IMG/VR virus record: IMGVR_UViG_3300044959_000303
Location: 32,001 to 96,000 of that record
Direction: 5' to 3' (one strand)
DNA: 64,000 nt
Source of the DNA: a virus
Shown piece by piece: positions 10,686 through 19,356 of this stretch. Position numbers and translations under genes: made by a program. Under the pieces are notes generated by a model. The model saw only the letters and a program-made list of their open reading frames with translations, was not told where the DNA came from and made no database searches. How positions within the stretch are numbered: the stretch's first letter is position 1; every line of letters begins with the position of its first letter.

Positions 10686-11132
10686 ATGAAAAAAATCGAT
10701 ATAATTGTAGAAAAACTCGAAAATGCAAAAGATATATATTTACCGGAATATCAAACTGAAGGTGCTTCGGGAGCAGATGTGAGAGCTGCAGAAGACACGA
10801 TATTGGAACCAAATGAAGTCAAAGCGATTTCAACCGGTCTTCGTCTGGAAATTCCATATGGTTATGAAATTCAGGTAAGACCAAGAAGTGGTCTGGCTTT
10901 GAAACACAAGGTTACGGTTTTGAATGCTCCCGGTACGATCGACAGTGATTATCGTGGAGAATTGAAAATACTTCTTGTCAATTTCGGAAAAGAAAACTTT
11001 TTCATCAAACGTGGCGAGAGAATTGCTCAACTGGTCGTATCTCCAGTAACAAAAGCAAATTTTATCGAAGGAAAAGTAAATTTCGATACAAAAAGAAATT
11101 CCGGTGGATTTGGTTCTACAGGAACTTCATGA
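10686..11132 (+). CDS. dut: dUTP diphosphatase (trimeric dUTPase)
   Basis: GASGAD, RPRSGLA, GTIDSDYRGE, RIAQLV, R..GGFGSTG motifs. Confidence 0.97.
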   Translation: MKKIDIIVEKLENAKDIYLPEYQTEGASGADVRAAEDTILEPNEVKAISTGLRLEIPYGYEIQVRPRSGLALKHKVTVLNAPGTIDSDYRGELKILLVNFGKENFFIKRGERIAQLVVSPVTKANFIEGKVNFDTKRNSGGFGSTGTS

Positions 11133-11194
11133 ATTTTTTTTTTCGATTATCGAAAAATTTTTTTTTTCAAAATAACGACAAAAAAGGTCGGAAA

Positions 11195-11965
11195 ATGGAT
11201 AGAAAAAATGACAATTTTCGAAACAGGAGAAAAAGAAAAACAAGAAATTATCTCAACAACAACGATCTGCTCGAAGAAATTTCCAAAAGCAAATACACTT
11301 TTTGTTCCGTGAAAAATGACAATGAAAATTACAAAAAATATGATATTGTTCTCGAAAAAAAGGAACAACTTTGTTCGGCAATTTTTTTCGAGGTTCTGGA
11401 AGAAAAAGAAAAACTTCATGGAAAAAAATTTCAAAGAAGTTCCATAGTCATAAGAGTCATGACCGATGAACATATTCCCGAAGAATATTCTTTCGAACAT
11501 CGAGGAAGAAAAAACAAAGAAAAAAAATTGAATTTCGATCCATTCAAACATTACATCCTGAATGATGAAGGAGAAATAGAAGAAGTATTGAGATCACATT
11601 GGAAGGGTACAATAGAAGATGGTGAATTCAGTATGACACATGGATACATTACGGAAAATCTCGGAAAAATGATAATTCTTCTCGTGGACAGATTTGCACA
11701 GAAATCCTCTTTTCGAGGATATTCTTGGGTAGAAGACATAAAAGGAAAAGCAACATTGCATCTTCTGGAATCTGTTTTGAAATTTCGGGAAGTGAAATCG
11801 GAAAATCCCTTTGCCTATTTTACTACAATAATAACAAATTCGTTTCGTCATACATTGAATCAGGAACATAGAAACATAGAAATCAAGACAAAGTTGTCAC
11901 AACAACAGAACCCGGCATTTCAAACATACGAACAACAAGCCAAGCAAGATGTCAGTGGAAATTGA
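11195..11965 (+). CDS. gp55: late-transcription sigma factor, T4 gp55-like
   Basis: NYLNNNDLL.EI..SK, FRGYSW.EDI, KF.E.KSENPFAYFTTII.NSF motifs; start placed at ATG 11195 (ORF track start 11129). Confidence 0.85.
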   Translation: MDRKNDNFRNRRKRKTRNYLNNNDLLEEISKSKYTFCSVKNDNENYKKYDIVLEKKEQLCSAIFFEVLEEKEKLHGKKFQRSSIVIRVMTDEHIPEEYSFEHRGRKNKEKKLNFDPFKHYILNDEGEIEEVLRSHWKGTIEDGEFSMTHGYITENLGKMIILLVDRFAQKSSFRGYSWVEDIKGKATLHLLESVLKFREVKSENPFAYFTTIITNSFRHTLNQEHRNIEIKTKLSQQQNPAFQTYEQQAKQDVSGN

Positions 11966-11968
11966 CAA

Positions 11969-13015
11969 ATGAAAAGATTATTCGATAGAGCAATTGTTTT
12001 CGGAGATATACACTTCGGTAACAAGAACAACAGTTCCATATTCAATGATGATTGTGAAGAATATATCGATTGGCTTCTGAAAGTAAAAGACAAGGTAAAA
12101 GCAGACACGTGCATATTTTTGGGAGATTGGTTTCACAACAGAAGATTCGTAAACGTACAGACGCTCGATTACAGTATGAGAAATCTCGAAAAATTGAATT
12201 CCGCTTTCGATCAGATTTTCATGTTGATGGGAAATCACGATCTGTATTACAAGGAAAGAAGAGATATAAGTTCTCTCAATCTTGCAAAAAATTATTCGAA
12301 TGTTGTATTGTTCGACGAAATTCGGGAAATTGGTGATTGTCTTTTTGTTCCTTGGCTGATAAACGACGAATGGAAGAAAATCAAGGAATATTCCAAAAAA
12401 TATGTTTTCGGACATTTCGAGATTCCAAGATTTCTGATGAATTCCTATGTCGAAATGCCAGATAAGAATGAACTCAACGAAGAGCATTTTTCCCGAAACG
12501 AATTCGTTTTTTCCGGACATTTTCACAAAAGGCAAAGAAGAGGAAACATTCTATACATCGGAAATTGTTTTCCGCACAATTATTCGGACATGGATGATAC
12601 GGAAAGAGGATTGGTAATTCTGGAGTGGAACAAGGAACCAAAATTCGTAAATTGGAAAAACATGCCATTTTATACCAAAATCAATCTGTCGGAAGCATTG
12701 AACAAAGAATTCGCAAATATTGTCAGAAAAAAGACTTATATGAAACTTCTGATAGATATCGATCTGTCTTTCGAAGAATCTCTGTATCTGAAAGAAAAAT
12801 TGATGGAAGATTACAAATGCAGAGAGGTTCAGTTGATACCAATGAATTTGAAAACAGATGAATTGAATTTCGAAAATTTCGAAGTGAAAACGGTAGATCA
12901 GGTTGTAATCGAAGGATTGAAAAATCTGAAAAACGTCGAATCGAATTACAATGTGGATTTTCTGATAGAAATATATGAAGAATTGAATATAGATGATGAA
13001 AGAAAAAATGTATAG
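11969..13015 (+). CDS. gp47: recombination nuclease, gp47/Mre11/SbcD-like
   Basis: GDIHFG, FLGDWFH, GNHD, FGHFE, SGHFH metallophosphoesterase motifs. Confidence 0.93.
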   Translation: MKRLFDRAIVFGDIHFGNKNNSSIFNDDCEEYIDWLLKVKDKVKADTCIFLGDWFHNRRFVNVQTLDYSMRNLEKLNSAFDQIFMLMGNHDLYYKERRDISSLNLAKNYSNVVLFDEIREIGDCLFVPWLINDEWKKIKEYSKKYVFGHFEIPRFLMNSYVEMPDKNELNEEHFSRNEFVFSGHFHKRQRRGNILYIGNCFPHNYSDMDDTERGLVILEWNKEPKFVNWKNMPFYTKINLSEALNKEFANIVRKKTYMKLLIDIDLSFEESLYLKEKLMEDYKCREVQLIPMNLKTDELNFENFEVKTVDQVVIEGLKNLKNVESNYNVDFLIEIYEELNIDDERKNV

Positions 13016-13060
13016 AATTCATCGAAGAACATATTCGAAAAAAATATGGATGAATAAATT

Positions 13061-14869
13061 ATGATAAAATTCAAGAAAATGACTCTGAAAAATTTTCTGA
13101 GTATAGGTAACAGAGAACAGGTCGTTTTTCTGGATAACAATTCCTTGACCTTGATTTTGGGAGAAAATGCCGATATTGGTTCGGGTATTGGATCAGGTGC
13201 TAGAAACGGAGTTGGAAAATCTGCAATAATTCAAGCATTGTGTTATGCAATATACGGAATTCCACTTACTCAGATAAAAAGAGACAATCTGATAAACAAG
13301 ATCAACAGAAAAAATATGGTGGTAACATTGGAATTCGAAAAAAATGGAGTCGAATATTTCATAGAAAGAGGAAGAAAACCGAACTTTCTGAATTTCTATA
13401 TCGACAAAAGAAAAATAAACAATGTACCTGAAACCGAAGATGATGAAAATTTCAATTCGAATTCTTCGGAAGAAACCGAAGGTGATTTTCGCTGGACTCA
13501 AAAAGAAATTCAGAAAGTTATCGGTATAAGTATCAATCTGTTTCGTCATTTGATTGCTCTCAATACTTTCACCACGCCTTTTCTATCCATGCCGGTATCT
13601 CAACAAAGACAGATTGTGGAAGAACTGTTCGGAATTACCCGATTGTCGGAAAAAGCAGAACTTCTGAAATTGAAAATCAAGGAAACAAAAGATCGAATAA
13701 GAGAAGAGGAAATAAAAATCGAGTCGATAAAGACAAGTAACGAAAGAATTCGAAAATCGATAATGGAATTGGAAAACAGATCGAGAATCTGGCAGAAAAA
13801 TCTGAGTGAAACGTTGAAAAATCTCGAAAAAGAAATTTCTCTGATGGAAAATTTGAATATAGAAGAAGAAATACGAATTCACGAAGAAAAGCAGAAGTAT
13901 TTGAAAAATCGGGAATTGTTGGAAAAAACAAAAAGCAATTTGAATCATGTCGAAAAAAATATTCTCGAAAATGAAAAAAGATTGAAAAAATCGGAAAATT
14001 ACAGAAACAGAATTTGTGAAGAAAAATGTCCCATGTGTGGTCAGAAACTTCACAACAAGGATACCTTGCTCGAAAATCTGGATAGGGAAATTTTCGAACT
14101 GAAGAAAAATCTCGAAGAAAATTACAGCAAAAAAAGAAAATATGAAAAAGAAATCGAGCAATTGTTCATGGATGAAAATATTCTCAATGAAAAAACATTC
14201 TACAAGGAAATTTCCGATGCATACAATCACAGAATAATATTGCAGAAATTGAAAGAAAGTATGAAAGAAAAAATGAATCAGAAAAATCCTTACGAAGAAC
14301 AGATAAAAAGTCTCGAAGAAACAGGAATACAGGAAATCGATTTCACGACTTTGAACAATTTGACATATCGAAAAAATCATCAGGAACTTCTGTTGAAACT
14401 TCTGATGAACAAAGATTCTTTCATAAGAAAGAAAATAATGGATCAAAGCCTGAATTATCTGAATTCGAGATTGAAATATTACACAGAATCACTTCAACTT
14501 CCGCATCAGGTCAAATTTCTCAATGATTTGAGTGTGGAAATCAACGAGCTTGGAGTAGACTTCGATTTCGACAATTTGAGTCGTGGTGAAAAAACCCGTT
14601 TGATACTTGCTTTGAGTTGGGCATTTCGTGATGTTTACGAAAGTATGAATGACAATATCAACATCATGTTTATCGACGAATTGATAGACAATGGTCTCGA
14701 TCAGTTGGGAGTCGAGTCTGCTGTTCTTCAACTCAAGAAAATATCGACAGAAAACAGAAAAAATATTTTTCTGATTTCGCATCGTGAAGATCTGACAAAT
14801 CAGGTCGAAAACATATTGTATGTGATCAAGGAAAATGGATTTACGAATATCTTGACGGAAGAAACATGA
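13061..14869 (+). CDS. gp46: recombination ATPase, gp46/Rad50/SbcC-like
   Basis: KNFLSIGN, Walker A NGVGKS, zinc hook CPMCG, signature LSRGE, Walker B FIDE, ISH. Confidence 0.95.
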   Translation: MIKFKKMTLKNFLSIGNREQVVFLDNNSLTLILGENADIGSGIGSGARNGVGKSAIIQALCYAIYGIPLTQIKRDNLINKINRKNMVVTLEFEKNGVEYFIERGRKPNFLNFYIDKRKINNVPETEDDENFNSNSSEETEGDFRWTQKEIQKVIGISINLFRHLIALNTFTTPFLSMPVSQQRQIVEELFGITRLSEKAELLKLKIKETKDRIREEEIKIESIKTSNERIRKSIMELENRSRIWQKNLSETLKNLEKEISLMENLNIEEEIRIHEEKQKYLKNRELLEKTKSNLNHVEKNILENEKRLKKSENYRNRICEEKCPMCGQKLHNKDTLLENLDREIFELKKNLEENYSKKRKYEKEIEQLFMDENILNEKTFYKEISDAYNHRIILQKLKESMKEKMNQKNPYEEQIKSLEETGIQEIDFTTLNNLTYRKNHQELLLKLLMNKDSFIRKKIMDQSLNYLNSRLKYYTESLQLPHQVKFLNDLSVEINELGVDFDFDNLSRGEKTRLILALSWAFRDVYESMNDNINIMFIDELIDNGLDQLGVESAVLQLKKISTENRKNIFLISHREDLTNQVENILYVIKENGFTNILTEET

Positions 14870-14930
14870 GTAGAGAAAATTTCAATCGAAAATCGAAAGG
14901 TAAAAAATACAGAAAAAGGAAAAACATGAA

Positions 14931-15224
14931 ATGACAGACATAACATTTCTGGAAATACAAAGAAACGAACCTTTTCACAAAATTTACAATTACAAGATTT
15001 ATACGAATGTAAAAGTATATTGGACTCCAGAATACGAAAACTGGCATAGCGAAGAAGACAGAAAATGGATGAAAAAAATCGAGTGTCATCTCAAGGCCAA
15101 ATTTGGAAACAATATCAAATTTCAAGGTGCAGTAATTTACTGTAAAGATCTTGACGAAGCTTTTCTCGCAAGACTTCTGTGTGGCGAAAAAATTGTCAAA
15201 GTGGAAAAGGCAATCATGATATAG
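14931..15224 (+). CDS. hypothetical protein
   Basis: 97 aa ORF following gp46 with plausible composition. Confidence 0.55.
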   Translation: MTDITFLEIQRNEPFHKIYNYKIYTNVKVYWTPEYENWHSEEDRKWMKKIECHLKAKFGNNIKFQGAVIYCKDLDEAFLARLLCGEKIVKVEKAIMI

Positions 15225-15738
15225 ATGAAAGTTTCTGTTCTATGATTTTTCTGTGTGTTTCGAGAAAAGAAGAGAGAGAAACAATGATGTATTTTTCCTG
15301 ATTGTATTTGTAAATCATGTAATTTCCAGAAAAAATTTCGAAAGAAAAAAATTTTTCCGGAACTATCGAAAACCAACCCCGATTTGTTATCTTGAAACAT
15401 ATGAACCAGACATTTTTTTCATGTACGATATCGAGACATTGTCGAATCCATGAATCGATCGTGGAATTGTTGCCATTGAAAATTTTGAGAAAATTGATGT
15501 TTTTGTAATTTTTGCATTCTATGAGAAGATTTTCGAATTTATCGGGAGGAATGATATCTCCCTTGAGAACAACTTTCTGTGAATCGTCGATTTTCTTTTC
15601 TCTTTTGATGTTTTTTCCACCGAGAAAAGATCCGCTGTTCGGAACTCGAAGAAAAGGTTTTTCGAAAAAATTCGTCAAAAGAGAACAAAGTTCTCTTTCT
15701 CCTCTTTTTCCTTTTTCTTTACTTTTTCTTCCAGTCAT
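15214..15738 (-). CDS. Holliday junction resolvase (Hjc-type PD-(D/E)XK)
   Basis: SKEKGKRGERE, RVPNSG, GDI, IECK motifs. Confidence 0.85.
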   Translation of the reverse strand: MTGRKSKEKGKRGERELCSLLTNFFEKPFLRVPNSGSFLGGKNIKREKKIDDSQKVVLKGDIIPPDKFENLLIECKNYKNINFLKIFNGNNSTIDSWIRQCLDIVHEKNVWFICFKITNRGWFSIVPEKFFSFEIFSGNYMIYKYNQEKYIIVSLSSFLETHRKIIEQKLSSIS

Positions 15739-15765
15739 TTTTCGATCTTCTGTCTTTTTTTTTTT

Positions 15766-16005
15766 TCATATGAGAGGCATTCCTGTTTTCTTTACCAATT
15801 CTATGTGTTCTTTTATGTGTTTTCTTATATTTTTCAATGTCGAGTATGATAAATTCAATGCTTCATTGTAAGAAATCGAACCTCTCATGAACCAGCATAT
15901 TTCTATAATCTGTTTTTCGATTTTATCAACTTCGTTTCTCATCGAATTGACAAGTTCGACAATGGTTTCGGAATTGGAATTCAGGATTTTGTGTCGAAAA
16001 AATTT
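15766..16005 (-). CDS. gp51-like hub/tail assembly module, probably expressed as a -1 frameshift extension of the gp26-like gene
   Basis: ICWFMRGSISYNEALNLS...IKEHIE..KK.G.P motif; frame overlaps the 3' end of 15981..17093 at slippery A AAT TTT TTC. Confidence 0.65.
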   Translation of the reverse strand, partial: KFFRHKILNSNSETIVELVNSMRNEVDKIEKQIIEICWFMRGSISYNEALNLSYSTLKNIRKHIKEHIELVKKTGMPLI

Positions 16006-17093
16006 GCGGGATCGTATTGCACCTCCACGTCGTATTTTTTGTCGCATTTGTTACATGTTGCTTCCCATTTCGTGGGAACACCAATTTGTAGAACATTTTC
16101 GAATTCTTTTTGCACCTTCCTGAATATCGATGTCGGACAATTCACGAGAAATTCATAAATGAAATCCTTGTCGAAAACTCTCTCTTTTTCCGGTGTAATT
16201 ATTTCCTTGATTCCTTGTGTCAGAAGATATATGTTCATATCGGCAATTTTTGTCACTGTTTCCTGTATGATTTTCTTTTTTTCTTCATCATTCATTTTTT
16301 CATTGTTCAATACCTGTAGAACTTTGGCTTCTTCGAACATGAGAAGTTCGAAATAAACCATATTTTCATAAGTGATGGGTTCGAATATCAATGTCAGAGA
16401 ATCGATTTGTGCACAAGGTATGTCTTCGAAAAATGTCATATTGCTCAAAATTATGTCCAGATCTATGACAAAATTGTTCATCGTTCCACAATGTGGACAT
16501 GTCGAGGTCATTTTCATTTGTGATCCATAGCTGCAATTTCTTATCGCTACAAGAATTGCATTTACATCGTTGATTACGATTTTTCTCAAATCTTTTATCG
16601 ACGGACAACAGCTTTTGAATACTTCTTCCAAAGCTTTTCCATTCAGTAATGCATCCGGATTTCTCAACCAGATTTCGTCTCTGGCAGTCAATGGAAAAAT
16701 CTGAACTTCTCCATTGATCGAAAAATCGACCATATCAGGCTCGTAGAAAATTCCCATTGTCGGAAGTTTTATGGAGATACCGGGTTTTCGAAAGTATTTT
16801 TGCAAAGGATTGGAATTTTTCTTTTCTTCGAAAGAATCGTTTCGAGGAAAAAATTTTGTCGGTGGCATTCGAAAATTTTCGATTTTCTTTTTCGGTTCTA
16901 TGAATGACAAATCTTCTGCGTGTGTATTTTCAGCATTTTCATCGAAATTTTCAGAATTTTCAATATCATCGAGAGAAATATCTTTTCTTTCGATTTGCCC
17001 GACTTTTTTATTCAATGAATTTTTTCCAATTCTTTCTGCCTGTTCTTGCAAAAATCTCTTCAGATTTTCCGCCGTTTCTCTTTCTCTGTCCAT
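15981..17093 (-). CDS. gp26: baseplate hub assembly protein, T4 gp26-like
   Basis: NPLQKYFRKP...IKLPT, PLTARDEI.L.NPDALLNG, D..AILVAIR..SYG, CPHC and CNKC zinc motifs, terminal DPANFF. Confidence 0.82.
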   Translation of the reverse strand: MDRERETAENLKRFLQEQAERIGKNSLNKKVGQIERKDISLDDIENSENFDENAENTHAEDLSFIEPKKKIENFRMPPTKFFPRNDSFEEKKNSNPLQKYFRKPGISIKLPTMGIFYEPDMVDFSINGEVQIFPLTARDEIWLRNPDALLNGKALEEVFKSCCPSIKDLRKIVINDVNAILVAIRNCSYGSQMKMTSTCPHCGTMNNFVIDLDIILSNMTFFEDIPCAQIDSLTLIFEPITYENMVYFELLMFEEAKVLQVLNNEKMNDEEKKKIIQETVTKIADMNIYLLTQGIKEIITPEKERVFDKDFIYEFLVNCPTSIFRKVQKEFENVLQIGVPTKWEATCNKCDKKYDVEVQYDPANFFDTKS

Positions 17094-17226
17094 ATTTGCT
17101 CCTTTATGTGATTTTTCACGAATCGTAAAATGATGAAATCATTTTTCATAAAATGATATTATTATGTTTCGGCATTAAATATATATTGAATTATTTGAAA
17201 AAAATTTACAAAAAAGAAAAAAACCA

Positions 17227-19341
17227 ATGTCGGATCAGAATCTGGACAGAATCATAGATATTCTGGAAAAATTGAAAGAAATTCCTCGTATCAAGGAAGA
17301 ACAGAAAAAATTGCTCGAAGATATAAAAAAATCTCTGGTTTCCGAAAGTCAGGACATTCATGAAAATTTCGAAAATGCAAATCGTTCCGTAGAGGAAACT
17401 CGAAAAAATCTGAACTCTTTGTTGAGAATCAGTTTTTCTTTTGTAAACGTGATTCGAAATGTCATTCGAAAATTCACCAATCTCAAAGAAAGTTTGGATC
17501 AATTTTCGAGATCGGTAGCAAGATATTCGGAAAAAACACAAAGTTTGGTAGAAAGTCCGTTCGAAAATTTCAAATCATTTACGGAAAGTTTGCCGATCAT
17601 AGGAGGATTTTCGATTGCATTTTTCAAAATTTACGAAATGTTCGACGATCTTGCGAACGCTTATTCGAATGCGGCAAAAAGCGGTGTGATTTTTTCCAAA
17701 ACCATTGAACAGATTTATGCCGATTCGAGAGATTTGGTAATGACTCTACCAGAATTTGCAAATTTTCTGGCGAAATATGCGAACATAGTCAATCGAGGTA
17801 ACAGAGAATTCATCAATTATCTCGATATTTCGATGAAAACATCGGACAGATTGTTGAGTTTTGGTTACGATCTGGAAACTCTGAGAGAAAGTGCAGCACA
17901 ATTTCTGGTCATTCAGAGAAATCTTGGATTTTTGAGAAGAATCAATGCCGAAGAACAATCGAAACTTTTTTCGACAACAATCGAAAATTTTTATTCTGCA
18001 TCGAAACGACTTGGCATAGCGGCTACTGAAATTCTGCAAAGTCTGGAAAAACTTTCAGAAGATCCGGAAGCAAGAGTTGCTTTGCGAAAATTGGGACAGA
18101 GAGGACAGGAAATATTGGCGGTACTGGAAAAAGAAGCTCCCAATTTGCAAAAACTTCTGACTCAAGCCATAGTGAGAGGTGGTTTGGAAAGAGCGGATGA
18201 TTATGCTCTTTTTGCCACTACAGAAATATCCCCCATGATAGCTGAAATATATTCGATGATATTGTCCAATCGAGGATCCTTGAATTCACTTCTGGACCTG
18301 ATAAGAAGCAATTCCGATGTTCTCAGTAGAAATATGCAATTGTTCGCATTGATGGGACAGGATCATATCGTGAACATTTTGAACGAACTCGATATTTTTT
18401 CGAAAAAGACTCTCGATACAATTGAATCTTCCGAAGAAAACATGGGCGAAGAATTTGCAAAACAGGTTGTTCTGGCAAGAAATCGTGTTCGGGCAACAAT
18501 CGCAGATGTAAGTTCCGAAATCATAAGAAGACTTTCGGAAATAGGAAATGTTTCCGAACTGATTTCGAATTATCTCATAAAAATTACAAAAATTACGACA
18601 GATATGGCGAAAAGTACTTTGTGGCTGGATTTGTTGGAAGGTTTTTCACAGGCTGCAACGAAACTCGTTTCTGCAATAGTGAATCTTTCAGATAAAATTG
18701 CCGGAATTTTCGGTTTGAACGGTACCATATATCAAGCCATAGTCGCGGGAATTCTTCTGTTTCTGCCAAAAGGACTGAACAGAATTTTTCAATCTCTTGG
18801 TGGTGCTTTTCTGGCAAATTATTCTTCTTCTTTCGGTTCTGCAATTTTGAGACCTATCATGAATTTAATGAATTATATTCTGTCGAGTACGAAAAGAACT
18901 TTTCTCGCTCTTGTCACTGGCATGTTTGCAGCATCGGGTTTGAGTAATCTTTTTGGCAATCTTTTTCCGGAAGAAAATTCGGAGCAAGCAACCGAAACGA
19001 AATCATTGTCACAAAACATTCCGTCAACTTCGACGGAACCGACCACAATTCCGAATATCTCGAATCCGTCTGTAGCCGGTTCTCCTGTCACTGGTGCCGA
19101 AATTGCAAAAACTCCATTGATCACACCATCTGTAACAAAAACTCTGGAATCCGAAAGCAGTGTAAATCCCGAGGCTTCTTTGGCAAAAAGCATGGAAGAG
19201 CTTTCGAACATAATGAAACAGATCAATTCGATGCACGAAAGAATCAAGGAAGCCAATGAAAGAAAGCTCCAGTTGTTGCAGAAAATGACAAAAACACAAG
19301 AATCTGTGAACGAAAGTATTTCCAATATGATTTCACCGTAG
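17227..19341 (+). CDS. tape-measure-like helical virion protein (paralog 1)
   Basis: 704 aa, mostly helical with hydrophobic segments; divergent from gp26, upstream of portal; paralogous to next gene. Confidence 0.55.
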   Translation: MSDQNLDRIIDILEKLKEIPRIKEEQKKLLEDIKKSLVSESQDIHENFENANRSVEETRKNLNSLLRISFSFVNVIRNVIRKFTNLKESLDQFSRSVARYSEKTQSLVESPFENFKSFTESLPIIGGFSIAFFKIYEMFDDLANAYSNAAKSGVIFSKTIEQIYADSRDLVMTLPEFANFLAKYANIVNRGNREFINYLDISMKTSDRLLSFGYDLETLRESAAQFLVIQRNLGFLRRINAEEQSKLFSTTIENFYSASKRLGIAATEILQSLEKLSEDPEARVALRKLGQRGQEILAVLEKEAPNLQKLLTQAIVRGGLERADDYALFATTEISPMIAEIYSMILSNRGSLNSLLDLIRSNSDVLSRNMQLFALMGQDHIVNILNELDIFSKKTLDTIESSEENMGEEFAKQVVLARNRVRATIADVSSEIIRRLSEIGNVSELISNYLIKITKITTDMAKSTLWLDLLEGFSQAATKLVSAIVNLSDKIAGIFGLNGTIYQAIVAGILLFLPKGLNRIFQSLGGAFLANYSSSFGSAILRPIMNLMNYILSSTKRTFLALVTGMFAASGLSNLFGNLFPEENSEQATETKSLSQNIPSTSTEPTTIPNISNPSVAGSPVTGAEIAKTPLITPSVTKTLESESSVNPEASLAKSMEELSNIMKQINSMHERIKEANERKLQLLQKMTKTQESVNESISNMISP

Positions 19342-19356
19342 AAATGTGAGTGGAAA

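Noticed and set aside
15766-16047. Independent 93-aa gene starting at ATG 16047
   Set aside because: The start lies inside the gp26-like zinc-finger coding region without a clear RBS; frameshift entry or a later start is more plausible
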